A stretch of DNA of 31,561 nt, from the NCBI GenBank assembly GCA_007116425.1, contig SKIL01000055.1:1-31561 (forward strand), written 5' to 3'. The stretch is from Bacteriovoracaceae bacterium (GTDB lineage: Bacteria > Bdellovibrionota > Bacteriovoracia > Bacteriovoracales > Bacteriovoracaceae). How positions within the stretch are numbered: the first letter of the stretch is position 1; every line of letters starts with the position of its first letter. The notes below the pieces were generated by a model. It searched no databases. It saw nothing but the letters and a program-made list of their open reading frames with translations, and was not told the origin of the DNA. The position numbers and the translations under genes were made by a program. Below, one piece after another: positions 27,249 to 31,561 of the stretch.

Positions 27249-28079
27249 TTATTTAGTCTTTCTTCTACGTACGATGAATTTATCAGTACGCTTGTTGCTT
27301 CTTGTTTTATAACCTTTCGTTGGCTGTCCCCAAGGTGTCACAGGATGACGACCACCCGATGTACGACCCTCACCACCACCATGTGGGTGATCAACTGGGT
27401 TCATGGCCACACCACGAACTTTTGGTCTATGACCAAGCTTTCTTTTTCGTCCGGCCTTACCAAGCATTTGCTTTTCGTGATCAATATTTCCAACCTGTCC
27501 AATTGTTGCAGAACACTCAAGCTTAACTTTTCTTAATTCTCCAGATGGCATTCTTAAAAGGGCTGAATCCCCTTCTTTAGCCATAAGTTGAACATAAGCC
27601 CCCGCTGATCTGGCCATTTGTCCACCAGCTCCAGGATATAGCTCAACATTATGAATAAGAGTACCTACTGGAATATCCTTTAATTTTTTTGCGTTACCAA
27701 CTTTGATATCAGCTTCAGCTGATGCCACAACCTGGTCACCCACATTCAATCCAACTGGTGCAAGAATATATCTTTTCTCACCATCAGCGTAAGCTAAAAG
27801 TGCGATATTACACGTTCTGTTTGGATCATATGAAATAGCCTTTACAGTTGCAGGAACTTCAAGTTTATTTCTTTTAAAATCAATAATTCTGTATTTTCTC
27901 TTAACACCACCACCACGTCTTCTTACTGTAATTCGACCATGATTATTTCTACCATCGATTGTCGATTTACTTCTTGTGAGTGACTTAAGGGGCTTTACAC
28001 CTTTAGTAAGACCTTCACTGTCCAAAATCTGAGTGTTTCTCAGAGATGGTGTTGTTGGTTTAAATCTTTTTATGCCCAT
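27249..28079 (-). CDS. rplB: 50S ribosomal protein uL2
   Basis: [36 protein letters not shown]. Confidence 0.98.
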   Translation of the reverse strand: MGIKRFKPTTPSLRNTQILDSEGLTKGVKPLKSLTRSKSTIDGRNNHGRITVRRRGGGVKRKYRIIDFKRNKLEVPATVKAISYDPNRTCNIALLAYADGEKRYILAPVGLNVGDQVVASAEADIKVGNAKKLKDIPVGTLIHNVELYPGAGGQMARSAGAYVQLMAKEGDSALLRMPSGELRKVKLECSATIGQVGNIDHEKQMLGKAGRKRKLGHRPKVRGVAMNPVDHPHGGGEGRTSGGRHPVTPWGQPTKGYKTRSNKRTDKFIVRRRKTK

Positions 28080-28114
28080 AACTTCCTCTTCAATTCAGCT
28101 AGTTCTACTTCAGA

Positions 28115-28402
28115 TTAAATACCCTTAAAAAACTCAATCTTCTGTCCTTCGGCCAAATTCACATATGCCTTCTTGACTTTGCTAGACTTGGAGATACCTT
28201 TTCCAACTCTCTTAAGTTTTCCAGGAGTAATATTTGTTCTCACCTTAACAACTTTTACATTGTAGAACTTCTCAATTGCTCTTTTGATCTGATTCTTATT
28301 AGCTTTAGGGTCAACCTTAAAGCCATAACTATCATTCTTTTCAGCAGCGTGAGAAGATTTCTCTGTAATAAGTGGCGACTTAATCACGTTTTCTAAATGC
28401 AT
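28115..28402 (-). CDS. rplW: 50S ribosomal protein uL23
   Basis: PLITEKS, FKVDPKANKNQIKRAIE, KKAYV. Confidence 0.96.
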   Translation of the reverse strand: MHLENVIKSPLITEKSSHAAEKNDSYGFKVDPKANKNQIKRAIEKFYNVKVVKVRTNITPGKLKRVGKGISKSSKVKKAYVNLAEGQKIEFFKGI

Positions 28403-28404
28403 AA

Positions 28405-29022
28405 CTACACCAACCTACCTAATAACGATTCCAAAGCATCTTTTTCAATCACAAGATTTTCGAACTTTAATGCTTCATATACACTGAACCCTTCAACCGG
28501 GAGGGCCTTACCATTTCGAATATTTCTCGTTGCTCGTAGAGCGAGAGAATTTCGATCATTAGTTACAACAAGTGCTGGTAAAAGACCTTTTCCCTCGAGA
28601 AGAGAATGCATCTCTTTCGTTTTACCAGTTGACTCTAACTTATCAACAACTGTTAGTTTGCCTGCCTGAAGCTTGTCTGCAATTACAGATTGAATAGCTT
28701 TTTTCATTACTCTTTTATTAACTTTCTGAGAGTAATCTCTTGGCTTTGGTCCAAAAGTTGTTCCACCACCAACAAGTAGAGGCGATCGGTTAGAACCTTG
28801 ACGAGCTCTACCTGTTCCCTTCTGCTTGAATGGCTTCTTTCCACCACCGCGAACTTCTGAGCGGCCTTTTGTACAAGCATTCCCTTGACGTCTTCCAGCA
28901 AGAGTCGCCTTAACGACTTGGTGTACAACTGGAACATTAATATCTTCAGGAGTTAAGCTTACACTCGTATCAAGCTTTCCTGAGTTTTCAAATTTACTGT
29001 TTAATACTGTTATATCCGCCAT
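28405..29022 (-). CDS. rplD: 50S ribosomal protein uL4
   Basis: RRQG..TKGRSEVRGGGKKPFKQKGTGRARQGS, FGPKPRDY. Confidence 0.98.
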   Translation of the reverse strand: MADITVLNSKFENSGKLDTSVSLTPEDINVPVVHQVVKATLAGRRQGNACTKGRSEVRGGGKKPFKQKGTGRARQGSNRSPLLVGGGTTFGPKPRDYSQKVNKRVMKKAIQSVIADKLQAGKLTVVDKLESTGKTKEMHSLLEGKGLLPALVVTNDRNSLALRATRNIRNGKALPVEGFSVYEALKFENLVIEKDALESLLGRLV

Positions 29023-29035
29023 CTCTATCTACCCC

Positions 29036-29755
29036 TTACTGCTTTTTTGTCGCTCTTGAGATGCGCACAAATCCATTTTTAGCACCAGGAACAGAACCTT
29101 TAATGAGCATATAACCTTTATCCTCATTAACCTCAACAACTTGAAGGTTTTGAACTGTTACTTTTTCGTTACCCATTCTTCCTGGCATTTTCTTTTGCTT
29201 AAATACTCGCCCTGGATAAGCACTCATACCAATAGAACCTGGACCTCTATGGAATTTTGAACCGTGAGAGGCAGGACCTCCAGCAAATCCAAAACGCTTA
29301 ATCACACCTTGAGTTCCTTTACCTTTTGAAGTACCAGTGATGTCAACATATGTTGATGGAGCAAAAGCATCTAGGGAAACAGCCTTCCCTAAATTTTCTT
29401 CACTCACGCCATCAGTTTTTACTTCAGCGAACTTTGTTAAGTGTTTTTCAACGTTTGCTTTCTTAAGATGACCCTTCTGAGGGTTGCGAACAAGCTTCTC
29501 CCTCTTTTCACCGAAAGCAATTTGATATGCTTCGTAACCGTCTTTATCAGCGGTTCTCACTTGTGAAACAAAGTTAGGGATCAACTGAATCACAGAAACA
29601 GGAACTTGATTACCTGACTCATCATATATTTGAGTCATCCCTGCTTTCTGTCCATAAAATGAATTAAGTTGAACAGCTTGGTTGGTTGGTTGTGAATTAT
29701 CTGCGCCAGAGCTCTCAGATGACTGGGCCTCTGCGGCTTTCGTTTCTTCAGTCAT
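29036..29755 (-). CDS. rplC: 50S ribosomal protein uL3 with ~29-aa N-terminal extension
   Basis: GQKAGMTQ, DGYEAYQ, SKGKGTQGVIKR, HGSKFHRGPGSIG, KGSVPG. GGAGGA Shine-Dalgarno supports ATG 29755. Confidence 0.97.
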   Translation of the reverse strand: MTEETKAAEAQSSESSGADNSQPTNQAVQLNSFYGQKAGMTQIYDESGNQVPVSVIQLIPNFVSQVRTADKDGYEAYQIAFGEKREKLVRNPQKGHLKKANVEKHLTKFAEVKTDGVSEENLGKAVSLDAFAPSTYVDITGTSKGKGTQGVIKRFGFAGGPASHGSKFHRGPGSIGMSAYPGRVFKQKKMPGRMGNEKVTVQNLQVVEVNEDKGYMLIKGSVPGAKNGFVRISRATKKQ

Positions 29756-29851
29756 TCGTCCTCCACAGCATCACCCAATACTTGGGATGCATGCATGGTT
29801 TATATTAGCGTGACATTTTGGCCACGCGCCATTTTGTATTTGTCTTCTTTA

Positions 29852-30160
29852 CTAGTACTTAATCTCTACGTCAACACCTGATGAAAGATCTAACTTCATT
29901 AGGCTGTCGATTGTCTGTTGAGTTGGGTCAACAATATCAATCAATCGCTTATGCGTTCTCATTTCAAATTGCTCACGAGATGTTTTATCTTTGTGAGGAG
30001 AACGAATTACAGTGAATTTATTTGTTTCAGTAGGAAGAGGGATTGGGCCAGCTACGCGTGCACCAGTTTCTTTTGCCGTCTGAACAATTTCATTTACCGA
30101 ATTATCGAGTAACTTGTGATCATACGCTCTCAATTTAATTCTCAATCTCGTCGCTTTCAT
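29852..30160 (-). CDS. rpsJ: 30S ribosomal protein uS10
   Basis: [33 protein letters not shown]. Confidence 0.98.
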   Translation of the reverse strand: MKATRLRIKLRAYDHKLLDNSVNEIVQTAKETGARVAGPIPLPTETNKFTVIRSPHKDKTSREQFEMRTHKRLIDIVDPTQQTIDSLMKLDLSSGVDVEIKY

Positions 30161-30251
30161 AACTCAACAGTTCCTTTTCTCTACTTCCGCTACAGCTTTG
30201 CGGCAAATCTGACTGCGCTTTTCATGCGCCCTCTTATTTGATTGAATCAGG

Positions 30252-30280
30252 TTTTTAGTTTTTATTGGGCCTCTTGTCAA
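30252..30280 (-). promoter_or_regulatory. Putative sigma70 promoter of the S10 operon
   Basis: Perfect TTGACA (30280-30275), 17-nt spacer, TAAAAA (30257-30252, lacking the final T). Lies between the tuf terminator and rpsJ. Confidence 0.55.
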
Positions 30281-30312
30281 CAATTCATTTGTTTTTTTTC
30301 ACTTTTTCTTTC

Positions 30313-30348
30313 AAAAAAATGGGAGGAGGTAAATTTTCCTCCCCCCCT
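30313..30348 (-). terminator. Intrinsic terminator downstream of tuf
   Basis: Minus-strand RNA GGGGGGAGG-AAAAUUUA-CCUCCUCCC then A and U7. One G-U wobble favours the minus orientation. Confidence 0.8.
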
Positions 30349-30367
30349 CACGCGAATAAATTACTGA

Positions 30368-31558
30368 TTATTCAACGATCTCAGAAACAGTACCCGCACC
30401 AATCGTACGTCCACCTTCTCTAATCGCAAACTTCAGACCTTTTTCCATCGCAATCGGAGTAATCAACTCAACCTTAAAAGTCGTGTTATCTCCTGGCATA
30501 ATCATCTCCACTCCCTCTGGAAGCTCGATTGATCCCGTCACGTCTGTCGTTCTGAAGTAAAACTGTGGTCTATAACCCTTAAAAATTGGAGTGTGACGTC
30601 CACCCTCATCCTTAGAAAGAATATAAACTTCACAATTAAATTTCTTATGTGGCTTCACCGAACCTGGCTTACAAAGAACCTGTCCACGCTCCACGTCCTC
30701 TCTCTTCGTCCCACGAAGTAAAAGACCTACGTTGTCCCCTGCTTGACCTTGGTCCAAAAGCTTTCTGAACATCTCAACACCTGTTACCGTTGTCTTCGAT
30801 GTATCTCTAATTCCAACTACTTCCACTTCCTCGTTAACCTTGATAATTCCACGCTCAATACGCCCTGTTACCACGGTTCCACGACCTGAAATTGAAAATA
30901 CATCCTCAATTGGCATCAAGAATTCTTTATCTACATCTCTCTCTGGAGTTGGAATATACTCATCCACTCTCTCCATCAATTCTGCAATTCTATCCGCTCC
31001 AATATTCGCATCTCTCTTCTCTACCGCTGCAAGTGCTGATCCCGCTACTATCGGAATATCATCCCCAGGGAAATCATAAGAAGATAAAAGCTCTCTAATT
31101 TCCATTTCTACTAGCTCTAAAAGCTCCTCATCATCAACCTGGTCCACTTTATTCAAGAAAACCACGATCGCTGGTACTCCTACCTGACGAGCTAAAAGAA
31201 TGTGCTCTCTCGTCTGTGGCATTGGGCCATCCGCCGCGCTCACAACCAAGATCGCTCCGTCCATCTGAGCTGCACCTGTAATCATGTTCTTTACATAGTC
31301 AGCGTGACCTGGACAGTCTACGTGAGCATAGTGACGGTTGGCCGTCTCGTACTCTACGTGGGCCGAGTTAATTGTAATCCCTCTCGCCTTCTCTTCTGGA
31401 GCTGAGTCAATCTCTGCATAACCCTTCGCTGCTCCTCCAAACTTATCCGCCATTGTCATTGTAATCGCCGCCGTCAACGTCGTCTTACCGTGGTCTACGT
31501 GACCAATTGTTCCCACGTTTACGTGTGGCTTACTTCTTTGAAACGTTTCCTTTCCCAT
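30368..31558 (-). CDS. tuf: Elongation factor Tu
   Basis: [40 protein letters not shown]. 396 aa. Confidence 0.99.
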   Translation of the reverse strand: MGKETFQRSKPHVNVGTIGHVDHGKTTLTAAITMTMADKFGGAAKGYAEIDSAPEEKARGITINSAHVEYETANRHYAHVDCPGHADYVKNMITGAAQMDGAILVVSAADGPMPQTREHILLARQVGVPAIVVFLNKVDQVDDEELLELVEMEIRELLSSYDFPGDDIPIVAGSALAAVEKRDANIGADRIAELMERVDEYIPTPERDVDKEFLMPIEDVFSISGRGTVVTGRIERGIIKVNEEVEVVGIRDTSKTTVTGVEMFRKLLDQGQAGDNVGLLLRGTKREDVERGQVLCKPGSVKPHKKFNCEVYILSKDEGGRHTPIFKGYRPQFYFRTTDVTGSIELPEGVEMIMPGDNTTFKVELITPIAMEKGLKFAIREGGRTIGAGTVSEIVE

Positions 31559-31561
31559 GAT

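Noticed and set aside
1-31561. CRISPR arrays, IS/transposases, integrases, prophage, defence genes, rRNA or tRNA
   Set aside because: No spaced direct repeats, terminal inverted repeats, cloverleaf motifs or matching ORFs were seen. Nearly all sequence is explained by housekeeping CDS.

Overview
Bacterial chromosomal window, roughly 40% GC by eye (not computed). Gene content and sequence style suggest Bdellovibrionota (Bacteriovoracia-like); this is inference, not a database result. Left half (1-15.8 kb): hemW (runs off the left edge) divergent from a four-domain M16 zinc peptidase; an uncharacterised 192-aa protein; then a propionyl-CoA-to-succinyl-CoA cluster in two head-on operons. These are methylmalonyl-CoA mutase plus meaB on +, and on - a tight five-gene unit of carboxyltransferase, biotin carboxylase, extended biotin carrier, hflK and hflC. 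Upstream of that unit lie a sigma54 enhancer-binding protein with a PocR-like sensor and a TlpA-type thiol-disulfide oxidoreductase. Right half (15.9-31.6 kb, all on -): tuf and the S10-spc-alpha ribosomal protein cluster, including an rpmJ missed by the ORF track but lacking rpsD. I saw no rRNA, tRNA, CRISPR array, transposase or phage gene. The most interesting signals are: (i) HflKC translationally packed into an acyl-CoA carboxylase operon that meets the B12 mutase operon with a 1-nt gap and has no epimerase; (ii) a cysteine-free PocR-like enhancer-binding protein beside this pathway; (iii) a Lys-to-Arg swap in periplasm-facing proteins, hinting at an alkaliphilic or halophilic host; (iv) structured intergenic RNAs and N-terminal extensions in the ribosomal cluster. 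None is proven to be a new system from sequence alone.
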